Shown: piece by piece, positions 28,705 through 37,073 of the stretch | Numbering within the stretch: position 1 is the first letter of the stretch | Layout: each line of letters starts with the position of its first letter | Assembly (NCBI GenBank): GCA_036399695.1 | Contig: DASWMP010000322.1 | Location: 8,997 to 72,996 of the forward strand | Direction: 5' to 3' | Length of the DNA stretch: 64,000 bases | Source of the DNA: Thermoanaerobaculia bacterium | GTDB taxonomy: Bacteria > Acidobacteriota > Thermoanaerobaculia > Gp7-AA8 | The notes under the pieces: generated by a model | What the model saw: the letters and a program-made list of their open reading frames with translations, nothing else | Database searches by the model: none | Told to the model about the DNA's origin: nothing | Translations under genes and position numbers: made by a program

Positions 28705-28742
28705 TCCACCGATCGCTGCCGGCGTATCCGGCGACGACAAAC

Positions 28743-28774
28743 AAAAGAGGCGCCGCGAGGCGCCTCTTTTGTTT
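28743..28774. terminator. Bidirectional intrinsic terminator.
   Basis: aaaagaggcgcc-gcga-ggcgcctctttt: a perfect 8-bp GC stem with a 4-nt loop, flanked by an A-tract and a T-tract, between convergent genes. Confidence 0.75.
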
Positions 28775-28810
28775 AACAACCAACAACCAATCAACCGCGC
28801 AGCGCCGCGG

Positions 28811-30130
28811 CTACTCGCCCTCTTCGTCGATCTCGGTGGGCGGCATCTTCGTCGTCGCCAGCACCCAGCGCACGCGGAAACGCTCCGCTTCCAGGACCGA
28901 GAGAGACAGCTCACCCATCTCCACGCGGTCGCCGGGGCTCACTTCTCGGCCCAGACGCGCGGCCACGTAGCCGCCGACCGTCTCTTCATCCGGCTCGCCG
29001 AGGTCGATCTTCAGCCGGTCGGCGAGATCCTCGATGAGATAGTCGCCGCGGACACGGTACCGGCCGTTGCCGAGAGGCTCGATCTCCGGACGTTCGCGGT
29101 CGAACTCGTCCTGAATCTGGCCGAACAGCTCCTCGGTGATGTTCTCGAGCGACACGATGCCGGACGCGCCGCCGTACTCGTCGAGCACGACCGCCATGTG
29201 CGTCTTGCTCTCGATGAACTGCTGGAGCAGCGTCTCGACGGTGCTGTTCTCGGGGATGAAGAGCAGGTCGCGCTTGAGGTCCTCCAGACGGCGGCCGGGT
29301 CCTTTGAGCTGCGCGAGCATCAGGTCCTTCACATGGATCAGGCCGACGGTCTGGTCGAGCGTGCCGTCGCAGAGGGGATAGCGGGTGTGGCGTGTCGTGC
29401 GGATCGTCTCCAGGTTCTCCTCGATCGACTTCGTCGTCGAGAGGATGACCACGTCCGTGCGCGGCACCATGATCTGCCGCGCCGTGCGCTTGGAGAACTG
29501 GAAGACGCCTTCGATGATCTCGCGGTTTTCTTCCGAGAGGATGCCGGCCTTCTCGGAGCTCGCCAGGATCATGCGCAGCTCTTCGGGCGAGTGCGCCATC
29601 TCCACGTCATGCGCCGGCTGGATGCCGATGGCGCGCAGGATCATCCGCGAAACACCGTTGAGCAGCCAGATCGCCGGGAAGGCGATGACGTAGAACGCGC
29701 GCAGCAGGTGCGCGACCCAGAGCGAGGTCTCGACCGGCTTCTGGATGGCGATCGATTTCGGGGCCAGCTCGCCGAGGACGATGTGCAGCACCGAGATGAT
29801 GGTGAAGGCGACCGTTGTGGAGATCGTGTGCGCGAGTGGTGTCGCGAAACCGCCGAAACGCTCGAGCAGCGGCACGAGGATGTCGGCGAAAGCAGGCTCG
29901 CCGATCCAGCCGAGGGCCAGCGAGGCCAGGGTGATGCCGAGCTGCGTGGCCGAAAGATAGGCGTCGAGATTCTTCGTCAGCCTGCGCGCCATGCGCGCGC
30001 GGATGCTGCCCTGATCCGCCAGCTCCGCGAGCTGCGTCGCACGGACCTTGACGATCGCGAACTCGGCCGCGACGAAAAAGCCGTTCGCCAGCACGAAGAT
30101 GAATGCAAGAAGGAGAAGCCAGAAGCCCAT
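28811..30130 (-). CDS. HlyC/CorC-family transporter (DUF21, CBS pair, CorC_HlyC; CNNM-type).
   Basis: N-terminal DUF21 TM domain, tandem CBS domains and a C-terminal CorC domain. Confidence 0.9.
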   Translation of the reverse strand: MGFWLLLLAFIFVLANGFFVAAEFAIVKVRATQLAELADQGSIRARMARRLTKNLDAYLSATQLGITLASLALGWIGEPAFADILVPLLERFGGFATPLAHTISTTVAFTIISVLHIVLGELAPKSIAIQKPVETSLWVAHLLRAFYVIAFPAIWLLNGVSRMILRAIGIQPAHDVEMAHSPEELRMILASSEKAGILSEENREIIEGVFQFSKRTARQIMVPRTDVVILSTTKSIEENLETIRTTRHTRYPLCDGTLDQTVGLIHVKDLMLAQLKGPGRRLEDLKRDLLFIPENSTVETLLQQFIESKTHMAVVLDEYGGASGIVSLENITEELFGQIQDEFDRERPEIEPLGNGRYRVRGDYLIEDLADRLKIDLGEPDEETVGGYVAARLGREVSPGDRVEMGELSLSVLEAERFRVRWVLATTKMPPTEIDEEGE

Positions 30131-30146
30131 ATGGCGCGCGCGAAGT

Positions 30147-31406
30147 TTACGCGATCACCTCGTCGAGCGTCCGCCAGAAGCGTGGATACGACTTGGTGAC
30201 GACGCGTTCCTCACCGATCGTGACGCCGCCGCGCGCGAGCCCGGCGATGGCGAAGGCCATGGCGATGCGATGGTCGTTGTGCGTCTCGATGACGGCCGGC
30301 TCGCTACTCCAGCCGGGCTGGATGAGGAGCGAGCCGGGGCGCTCGTCGACGGTCGCGCCGAGGCGGCGCAGCTCCGAGGTGACGGTGGCGAGGCGGTCCG
30401 ACTCCTTCACCCGCAGGTTGGCCACGTTGACGATCTCCACCGGCGAATCGGCGAGCGGCGCGATGGCGGCGAGGGTCGGGACGATGTCCGGCGTAGCGTT
30501 GCAGTCGAACGTACCGCCGTGCAGTTTCTCCGGACCGTGGACCGTGATCTCCTCCTCCGACACTTCCACGCGGCAACCCATGGCTTTGAGGATGTCCAGG
30601 AAGGCGGCATCGCCCTGCGCCGACTCGGTGGCCAGGTTGCGCACGCGCATCGTGCCGCCCGTGGCGGCCGCCGCGGCGAACCAGTAGGAGGCGGAGGAGT
30701 AGTCCCCTTCGACGCGGTATGTCTCGCGCTGCAGCTTCCCGGCGCGGACGTGAATGGAGTTATCCGCCCGCTCCACCCGCGCGCCGAATGTGCGCAGGAT
30801 GTCGGCGGTGATGTCGATGTAGGGACCGGAAGCCATCTTGGAGATGTGCAGCGTGAGTCCGTATGGCAGCGTGGCGCCGCCGAGCATGAGCGCGGAGACG
30901 AACTGGCTCGAGGTCTCGGCGGAGATCGTGACGTCGAAGCCGCCGCGCATCTTCTTGCCGCGGATGCGCAGCGGCGGGAAGCCTTCCTGCGCCACGTACT
31001 CCACTTCGGCGCCGATGGCGAGCAGCACGTCGACGAGATCGCCGATGGGACGCTGGTGCATCCGCTCTTCGCCACGCAGCTCGAACCGGCCGGGCGTGAA
31101 CGCCAGCCACCCGGTGAAGAAGCGCATGGCGGTGCCGGCGTTGCCGATGAAGATCGGCACCTCGTTCGACGACATGCTCAGCCGCTCGCCAATGGTGACG
31201 TCCCGGGCGATGGTCCCCCGCACGTCGTAGCCGATGGTGCGCAATGCTTCGAGCGCGTAGCGCGTGTCGTCGGCATCGAGGCAGTTCGTGACGGTGGTCG
31301 AGCCCTCGGACATGGCCGCGAGCAGGAGCGCGCGCACGGAGTAGGACTTGGACGGCGGGGCGGTGGCGGTGCCGTCGAGATGGGTGAGCTTGGGGATGGC
31401 TTTCAT
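30147..31406 (-). CDS. aroA: 3-phosphoshikimate 1-carboxyvinyltransferase (EPSP synthase).
   Basis: LDGTATAPPSKSYSVRALLLAAM and the overall EPSPS two-domain layout. Confidence 0.95.
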   Translation of the reverse strand: MKAIPKLTHLDGTATAPPSKSYSVRALLLAAMSEGSTTVTNCLDADDTRYALEALRTIGYDVRGTIARDVTIGERLSMSSNEVPIFIGNAGTAMRFFTGWLAFTPGRFELRGEERMHQRPIGDLVDVLLAIGAEVEYVAQEGFPPLRIRGKKMRGGFDVTISAETSSQFVSALMLGGATLPYGLTLHISKMASGPYIDITADILRTFGARVERADNSIHVRAGKLQRETYRVEGDYSSASYWFAAAAATGGTMRVRNLATESAQGDAAFLDILKAMGCRVEVSEEEITVHGPEKLHGGTFDCNATPDIVPTLAAIAPLADSPVEIVNVANLRVKESDRLATVTSELRRLGATVDERPGSLLIQPGWSSEPAVIETHNDHRIAMAFAIAGLARGGVTIGEERVVTKSYPRFWRTLDEVIA

Positions 31407-31412
31407 GGTGAT

Positions 31413-31515
31413 GAAGTCAGAACGCAGAACGCAGAACGCAGAACGTTGAATGAGGAGCTGAGCCGTCGTTAGAGTTCTGCATTCTGCGTTCTGCGTTCCG
31501 CGTTCTGACTTCGGG
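31413..31515. repeat. R5 palindromic element (CAGAACGCAGAACGCAGAAC arms).
   Basis: A second copy sits at 62637-62721. Confidence 0.8.
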
Positions 31516-31529
31516 TTTCTGTGCTCCCA

Positions 31530-32297
31530 TCACCCCACCTCCAGCACGAGTCCGTCGTACGCGAGCTTCACCCCTTCGGGCAGCGTCGCCTCCACCGTCT
31601 CATGATCCACCTCGTGCGCCAGATGGATCAGATACGTCTCACGGGCGCCGATCTCGGCCGCGCAGGTGACGGCCTGCTCGATGGTGAAGTGCGTGGAATG
31701 CCGCGGCGAAGGACGCAGGCCATCGAGCGCCAGCACCTCGATGCCGCGCAGCAGCTCGATGGACGACGCCGGCACGCCGTTGGTGTCGGTGATGTAGGCG
31801 AAGTTGCCGATGCGGTAGCCGAGGATTGTCCAGTCGCCGTGGGAAACGGGGATGGGGATGATCTCGACCTCTTCGTGCATGAACGCCGATTCGACCTCGT
31901 GCAGCTCGAGCTGCGGCTTGCCGCCGCCGATCTGCGTGCTCTCGTCCCAGATGTAGCTGAACGCGCGGCGGATGGCTTTGGCGGTGAACGGATTGGCGTA
32001 CGCATGCACCGGCTCGCGCTGCCGGAAGTTGAAGGGACGGATGTCGTCCAGTCCCATCAAATGGTCGGAGTGCGAGTGGGTGAAGAGGACGAAGTCGAGG
32101 CGCGGAATCGGAAACCGCAGCAACTGCAATCGCAGGTCAGGCGTGGTGTCGATGAGGAAGTGCTTCCCTTTGGCCTCGATCTTCACCGACTGCCGTAAGC
32201 GCTGGTTCTTGGGGCTGGCGGAGGTGCAGACCGCGCAATGGCACCCCACCACCGGCACGCCGGTGGAAGTCCCGGTCCCCAGAAACGTGACTTTCAT
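31530..32297 (-). CDS. MBL-fold metallo-hydrolase (PhnP-like).
   Basis: HSHSDH metal-binding motif in a beta-lactamase fold. Confidence 0.85.
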   Translation of the reverse strand: MKVTFLGTGTSTGVPVVGCHCAVCTSASPKNQRLRQSVKIEAKGKHFLIDTTPDLRLQLLRFPIPRLDFVLFTHSHSDHLMGLDDIRPFNFRQREPVHAYANPFTAKAIRRAFSYIWDESTQIGGGKPQLELHEVESAFMHEEVEIIPIPVSHGDWTILGYRIGNFAYITDTNGVPASSIELLRGIEVLALDGLRPSPRHSTHFTIEQAVTCAAEIGARETYLIHLAHEVDHETVEATLPEGVKLAYDGLVLEVG

Positions 32298-32314
32298 CCG
32301 GCGCCGATTCTATA

Positions 32315-32531
32315 CGCTGCTGTGTAGGTATCCCGAAGAGAGACCGGACGGGGGCGCCTCCGGCGGGCGGCCACGGGCCGCAGCGCTGGTTGGCGAAGCC
32401 GCCGTCGACCCTACTTGCTAACGTGTTAACTGCGATGCCGTGCGCCGAGCCTGAGGCAACAAGCGCTGCGGCCCGTGGCCGCCCGCCGGAGGCGCCCCCG
32501 TGGTTTCTCTTCGGATACCTACACAGCAGCG
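32315..32531. mobile_element. R7 MITE-like element, about 217 bp, with long terminal inverted repeats.
   Basis: Inner TIR GGCGCCTCCGGCGGGCGGCCACGGGCCGCAGCGCTGGTTGGC, plus outer self-complementary ends gctgctgtgtaggtatcccgaagagaga ... tctcttcggatacctacacagcagc. Other copies sit at 47831 and 53787. Confidence 0.8.
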
Positions 32532-33241
32532 AATTCGAACTCGCCCGTTAGGGGGTCGATCACCATGGCCTCGCCTGACTCGTACCAGGGGGGCAGAATC
32601 TCGATCGTGGCGCCGGCTGTCGGGAGCACCAGCTTCTGGTGAAAGTGGCCGAAGACCACATCCGTAAAGCCTTCCGTGCCGCGCTTCTGGCCGTACGCTT
32701 CCATCAACTCCACCGGCAGCCGCGACTTGTGCTTGAAGTTCGACTTCGACAGGCGTGCCTCCACGTCATTCACGAACTTGCGGGCCATCTTGCCCGGGAT
32801 CAGCGAGACGCCCAGCTTCGTCAGCGGATTCTTCGAGGCGCGGCGCCAGAAGCGATACGGCCAGTCGCTGTCGTTGATCATATCGCCGTGCACGATCAGG
32901 TACTTCCGCTTGCCTGCGGTGATTGCGTACTCCATCCCCACGCTCGTCACCGCCTCTTCCACAAAGGAGCCCTTGAGGAAGAAATCGCGGTTCCCTTCCA
33001 CGTAGTGGATCGGGATGCCGGCATCCCGCACCTCGCGGAACTTGCGGAACACCTCGCCGACCGAGTGCGTGAAGAACTTCTTGTGCGCGATCAGGTAGTG
33101 GAAGAGATCGCCGTTCAGGTAGAGCGAGTGGGGACGCAGCGCCTTCAGGCGTTCCAGCCAGCCGTTGACCGGTTGCTCGCTGCCATCGGAGAGCCCTATG
33201 TGCGAATCGCCGATGACGAAGATCCGCCCGGGAGGGATCAC
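32519..33241 (-). CDS. Calcineurin-like metallophosphoesterase (LpxH-like UDP-2,3-diacylglucosamine diphosphatase).
   Basis: GDSHIG, GDLFH and GNRD motifs. The stop codon lies inside the R7 terminal inverted repeat. Confidence 0.7.
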   Translation of the reverse strand: MIPPGRIFVIGDSHIGLSDGSEQPVNGWLERLKALRPHSLYLNGDLFHYLIAHKKFFTHSVGEVFRKFREVRDAGIPIHYVEGNRDFFLKGSFVEEAVTSVGMEYAITAGKRKYLIVHGDMINDSDWPYRFWRRASKNPLTKLGVSLIPGKMARKFVNDVEARLSKSNFKHKSRLPVELMEAYGQKRGTEGFTDVVFGHFHQKLVLPTAGATIEILPPWYESGEAMVIDPLTGEFEFAAV

Positions 33242-33729
33242 GTCTCCAGCTCCTTGAGCGCCCGGTCGAAGGCGTCGAACGGCTCCTTGCCGAACAGGCA
33301 GAAGACGGCGCGCTGCAGCGAGCGGGCGCGGCGGCGGAAGTCGATCGTCGCGCCGAGCATCACGTGAGCGGCGCGGTCGAGATCGAAGCCGTACGAGCCC
33401 GTGCCCATCGCCGGCAGCCCCACCGATTCGACCGCCAGCTCCTCGGCACGTTCGAGCGCCGACCAGGTCGCGGCGCGGAGCTTCGCGTCCTCGTCTCCGT
33501 CACCGACGCGAGGGATCGACGCGTGGATGACGAACTTCGCCAGCAGATTGCCGCCCGACGTCACCGCGGCGGTCCCGACCGGCAGGCCCACCTCTTCGAC
33601 GTCGGCCTTGCGGGCGGACATCGCCAGCCGCCCCGCGCCACCCGCCTGCTGAACCTGCGGATTCGTCGGATTCACGATCGCATCGACCTTGATCGAAGAG
33701 ATGTCCGCGCGGATGAGTTGGATCTTCAT
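33238..33729 (-). CDS. Macro-domain protein (ADP-ribose / O-acetyl-ADP-ribose processing).
   Basis: IVNPTN...GGAG and GTGSYG macro-domain motifs. Confidence 0.85.
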   Translation of the reverse strand: MKIQLIRADISSIKVDAIVNPTNPQVQQAGGAGRLAMSARKADVEEVGLPVGTAAVTSGGNLLAKFVIHASIPRVGDGDEDAKLRAATWSALERAEELAVESVGLPAMGTGSYGFDLDRAAHVMLGATIDFRRRARSLQRAVFCLFGKEPFDAFDRALKELET

Positions 33730-33755
33730 GAACGGTCGGCCGGTACCCGGCAGTT

Positions 33756-34703
33756 TTATAACGCACTCTTGAGGTTCGCGCGCGGATTCTCCGGGTACGC
33801 GGCCTCGATTTGTTCCACCGCTTCCGGTGGCGGATCGGGTGGGATGACGATCTGAATCCGGCAGTAGTGATCGCCGGCTCCGCCCTCCTTCTTTGCCACT
33901 CCCTTGCCTGAAATGCGGAGTTTGCGGCCGGACTGCGTTCCGGCGGGGATGCGCACGCGGATCGGTCCGTGAATCGTCGGAGCCTCGAGCTCCACGCCGC
34001 GCACCGCTTCGCCGACCGTGATCGGCAGGTCCGTGTAGATGTCGTCGCCGTCGCGCTGGAAGAACGGATGGGGACGGACGTGCACGATGAGATTCAGGTC
34101 ACCGGCCGGTGCGCCGCCGCCGCCCGGCGAGCCTTTGCCGCGGAGACGGAGCGTGCCGCCATCGCGCATGCCCGGCGGGATCTTCACCTTCATCCGTTCG
34201 CCGTTGACCCGGAAGTCGAGCGTCGTGCCGAGGACGGCGTCGCGGAAATCGATGGTCGTTTCGGCCTGGGCGTCCGCGCCGCGCGAGGGCGCCTGCTGGA
34301 AGCCGCCGAAGCCACCCGTGCCGCCGCCCGGAGCACCACCGCCCCCGAACAGGTCTCCGAAAATGTCGGTGAAGTCGACCGTCTGCCGCCGTCCGCCGCC
34401 ACGCTTGCCGCGTGGGCCGGCGGCGCCGCCGAAGACGTCCGAGAAGTCGAAGCCGGCGAAGGGATTCTGTCCGCCCGGACCGAATGCTTCGCGCCCGAGA
34501 CGGTCGTACTGAGCGCGCTTGTCCTTGTCGCTCAGCACCGCGTAGGCCTCGGAGATCTCCTTGAACTTGCTCTCGGCGTCCTTGTTCCCCTTGTTTTTGT
34601 CGGGGTGGAACTTCTTTGCCAGGTTCCGGTACGCCTTCTTGATCTCGTCCTCGGAGGCGGTTTTCTTTACACCCAGGAGCTCGTAGTAGTCCTTTTCGGC
34701 CAT
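33756..34703 (-). CDS. J-domain protein with a DnaJ C-terminal domain but no zinc finger (CbpA-like).
   Basis: DYYELLGV...HPDKN J-domain, a G/F-rich linker and a DnaJ_C region. No CxxCxGxG repeats. Start taken at Met 34703. Confidence 0.85.
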   Translation of the reverse strand: MAEKDYYELLGVKKTASEDEIKKAYRNLAKKFHPDKNKGNKDAESKFKEISEAYAVLSDKDKRAQYDRLGREAFGPGGQNPFAGFDFSDVFGGAAGPRGKRGGGRRQTVDFTDIFGDLFGGGGAPGGGTGGFGGFQQAPSRGADAQAETTIDFRDAVLGTTLDFRVNGERMKVKIPPGMRDGGTLRLRGKGSPGGGGAPAGDLNLIVHVRPHPFFQRDGDDIYTDLPITVGEAVRGVELEAPTIHGPIRVRIPAGTQSGRKLRISGKGVAKKEGGAGDHYCRIQIVIPPDPPPEAVEQIEAAYPENPRANLKSAL

Positions 34704-34730
34704 CCCGCGCCGAAGTGTACCAGCGGAGGC

Positions 34731-34830
34731 AGTTGGCGGTTGGCAGTTGGCGGTTGGCAGTGGACAAAGCAAGGAACCGGTGCTCGGCCGGTGCCGGCGC
34801 CTCATCCACAGCCAACCGCCAACTGCCAAC
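34731..34830. repeat. R2 palindromic element in a divergent intergenic region.
   Basis: agttggcggttggcagttggcggttggcag ... cagccaaccgccaactgccaac. Confidence 0.85.
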
Positions 34831-34912
34831 AGGCCCCGGGAGGGGCGGCGATGGAGAAGGAATTGCTTTCGAGTCCACGGATCGTGTTGAATCAACGAAC
34901 GATGGACGGTGC

Positions 34913-36175
34913 ATGTACGGATTACTCGCGCGTCGCAATGTATTGACGATGATCCTGGCGGGCGGTATGGGTGAGCGGTTGTTTCCGCTCACGCGGGACC
35001 GTGCGAAGCCGGCGGTGCCGTTTGGCGGCCGCTATCGGATCATCGACTTCGCGATCAACAACTTCATCAACTCCGGCTTCTTCAAGATCAAGGTGCTGAC
35101 GCAGTTCAAATCGAACTCGCTGATCGAGCACATCACGCGCACCTGGCGGCTCGTGCCGGAGATCGGGCAGTACGTGGACGTCGTGCCGGCGCAGATGCGC
35201 AAGGGGCCATTCTGGTTCCGTGGCACCGCGGACGCCGTCTTCCAGAACCTCGAGCTGATCTTCGACGAGAAGCCCGAATACGTCTGCGTCTTCGGCGGCG
35301 ATCACATCTACAAAATGGATGTGAACCAGATGCTGCAGGAGCACATCAACAACGACGCCGACCTCACGATCGCCACCGTGCCGGTGCCGGTCGAGGAGTC
35401 GGTGCACTTCGGCGTCGTGGAGATCGATTCCGACTACCGCGTCACCGGGTTCGTGGAGAAGCCAAAGGAGGGGGCCAAGACCATCCCCGACCGGCCGAAC
35501 ATGATCCTGGCGTCGATGGGCAACTACATCTTCAAGGCCAGCGTGATGATCGACGTGCTGCAGCGGAACGCGCTGCGCAACTCGGCGCACGACTTCGGCA
35601 AGGAGATCATCCCGGCGATGTACCCGCGGATGAAGGTGTTCGCGTACGACTTCGGCGCGAACCGCATCCCGGGCGAAGAGGCGCACAACCAGGGCTACTG
35701 GCGCGACGTCGGGACCATCGATTCGTATTTCGCGGCGGCGCTCGACCTCGTCTCGGTCACGCCGGCGTTCAACCTGTACAACCCGAGCTGGCCGATCATC
35801 TCCGCGCCGCTGCACCTGCCGCCCGGCAAGTTCGTCTTCGCCGATTCGGCCTCGCAGCGCATCGGCATCGCCACCGATTCGCTCGTCTCCGACGGGTCGA
35901 TCATCTCGGGCGGCACGATCAACCGCTGCGTGCTGCATCCGCGCGTGCGCGTCAATTCGTACGCCGACATCGACGAGTCGATCCTCATGGACGGCGTCGA
36001 GGTCGGCCGCCATTCGAAGATCCGCCGCACGATCGTCGACAAGGGCGTGAAGATCCCGCCGCACACCACCATCGGCTACGACCTGGAAGCCGACCGCCAG
36101 CGCTTCACCGTCACCGAGTCCGGGATCGTGGTCGTCCCGAAAGGCTCGCTGATCGAGGAACGAGTCAACGCATGA
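34913..36175 (+). CDS. glgC: Glucose-1-phosphate adenylyltransferase.
   Basis: [14 protein letters not shown]...KPAVPFGG and a left-handed beta-helix C-terminus. The start could instead be 34949. Confidence 0.9.
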   Translation: MYGLLARRNVLTMILAGGMGERLFPLTRDRAKPAVPFGGRYRIIDFAINNFINSGFFKIKVLTQFKSNSLIEHITRTWRLVPEIGQYVDVVPAQMRKGPFWFRGTADAVFQNLELIFDEKPEYVCVFGGDHIYKMDVNQMLQEHINNDADLTIATVPVPVEESVHFGVVEIDSDYRVTGFVEKPKEGAKTIPDRPNMILASMGNYIFKASVMIDVLQRNALRNSAHDFGKEIIPAMYPRMKVFAYDFGANRIPGEEAHNQGYWRDVGTIDSYFAAALDLVSVTPAFNLYNPSWPIISAPLHLPPGKFVFADSASQRIGIATDSLVSDGSIISGGTINRCVLHPRVRVNSYADIDESILMDGVEVGRHSKIRRTIVDKGVKIPPHTTIGYDLEADRQRFTVTESGIVVVPKGSLIEERVNA

Positions 36176-36951
36176 GTAAGCCCCGCCCGGACGGACGCGC
36201 AGCCGACGAGCTGCGTCCCGTCGTGTTCCGTACGAACTTCACCAAGCACGCCGAAGGGTCGGTGCTGATCGAGATGGGGGACACGAAGGTCCTCTGCACC
36301 GCCTCCGTGCAGGAGAAGGTGCCGCCGTTCCTCTACCGCAGCGGCAAGGGCTGGGTCACGGCCGAATACGGCATGCTCCCGCGCGCCACGACGGACCGCG
36401 TCGAGCGCGAAGCCGCGCGCGGCAAGCAGGGCGGCCGCACGATGGAGATCCAGCGCCTCATCGGCCGCTCCCTCCGAACCGCCGTCAACCCGGAGATGCT
36501 CGGCGAACGGACGATCTGGCTCGACTGCGACGTCATCCAGGCCGACGGCGGCACCCGCACCGCGTCGATCACCGGCGCCTATGTGGCGCTCGTGACCGCG
36601 CTCGGGCGGCTGTACGTCGACGGCAACCTGCAGAGCTGGCCGGTCGTGGACTTCGTGGCCGCGATCTCGGTCGGGATCGTCGGCGGCGTGCCGTCGCTCG
36701 ATCTGAACTACGCCGAGGATTCGAAAGCCGGCGTCGACATGAACGTCGTGGCCACCGGCAAGGGGCGCTTCGTCGAGCTCCAGGGCACCGCCGAAGGAGC
36801 CACCTTCAGCGACGAGGAAATGACGTCGATGGTCACCCTGGCCAAAGGCGGCATCGCCCAGCTCGTGGAGAAGCAGAAGGAAGTGCTGGCGCCGATTCTG
36901 ACGCGCGTGGATCAGTTGGCGCGCGAACGGTTGAATCGGAAGTTTCGGTAG
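36172..36951 (+). CDS. rph: Ribonuclease PH.
   Basis: [13 protein letters not shown]...[18 protein letters not shown] and the RNase PH fold throughout. Confidence 0.95.
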   Translation: MSKPRPDGRAADELRPVVFRTNFTKHAEGSVLIEMGDTKVLCTASVQEKVPPFLYRSGKGWVTAEYGMLPRATTDRVEREAARGKQGGRTMEIQRLIGRSLRTAVNPEMLGERTIWLDCDVIQADGGTRTASITGAYVALVTALGRLYVDGNLQSWPVVDFVAAISVGIVGGVPSLDLNYAEDSKAGVDMNVVATGKGRFVELQGTAEGATFSDEEMTSMVTLAKGGIAQLVEKQKEVLAPILTRVDQLARERLNRKFR

Positions 36952-36957
36952 GGGCAG

Positions 36958-37062
36958 TTGTCGGTTTTTGGTTGTTGGTTTTTGGTGGGCTCCGCTGTTC
37001 GGTGGGATCCGCCGGTTTCCGCCGCGGGTCACACCAAAAACCGAAAACCAAACCCCAAAAAC
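36958..37062. repeat. R3 MITE-like palindrome.
   Basis: ggtttttggttgttggtttttggtggg ... cacaccaaaaaccgaaaaccaaaccccaaaaacc. Confidence 0.8.
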
Positions 37063-37073
37063 CGCCCCGCGCG

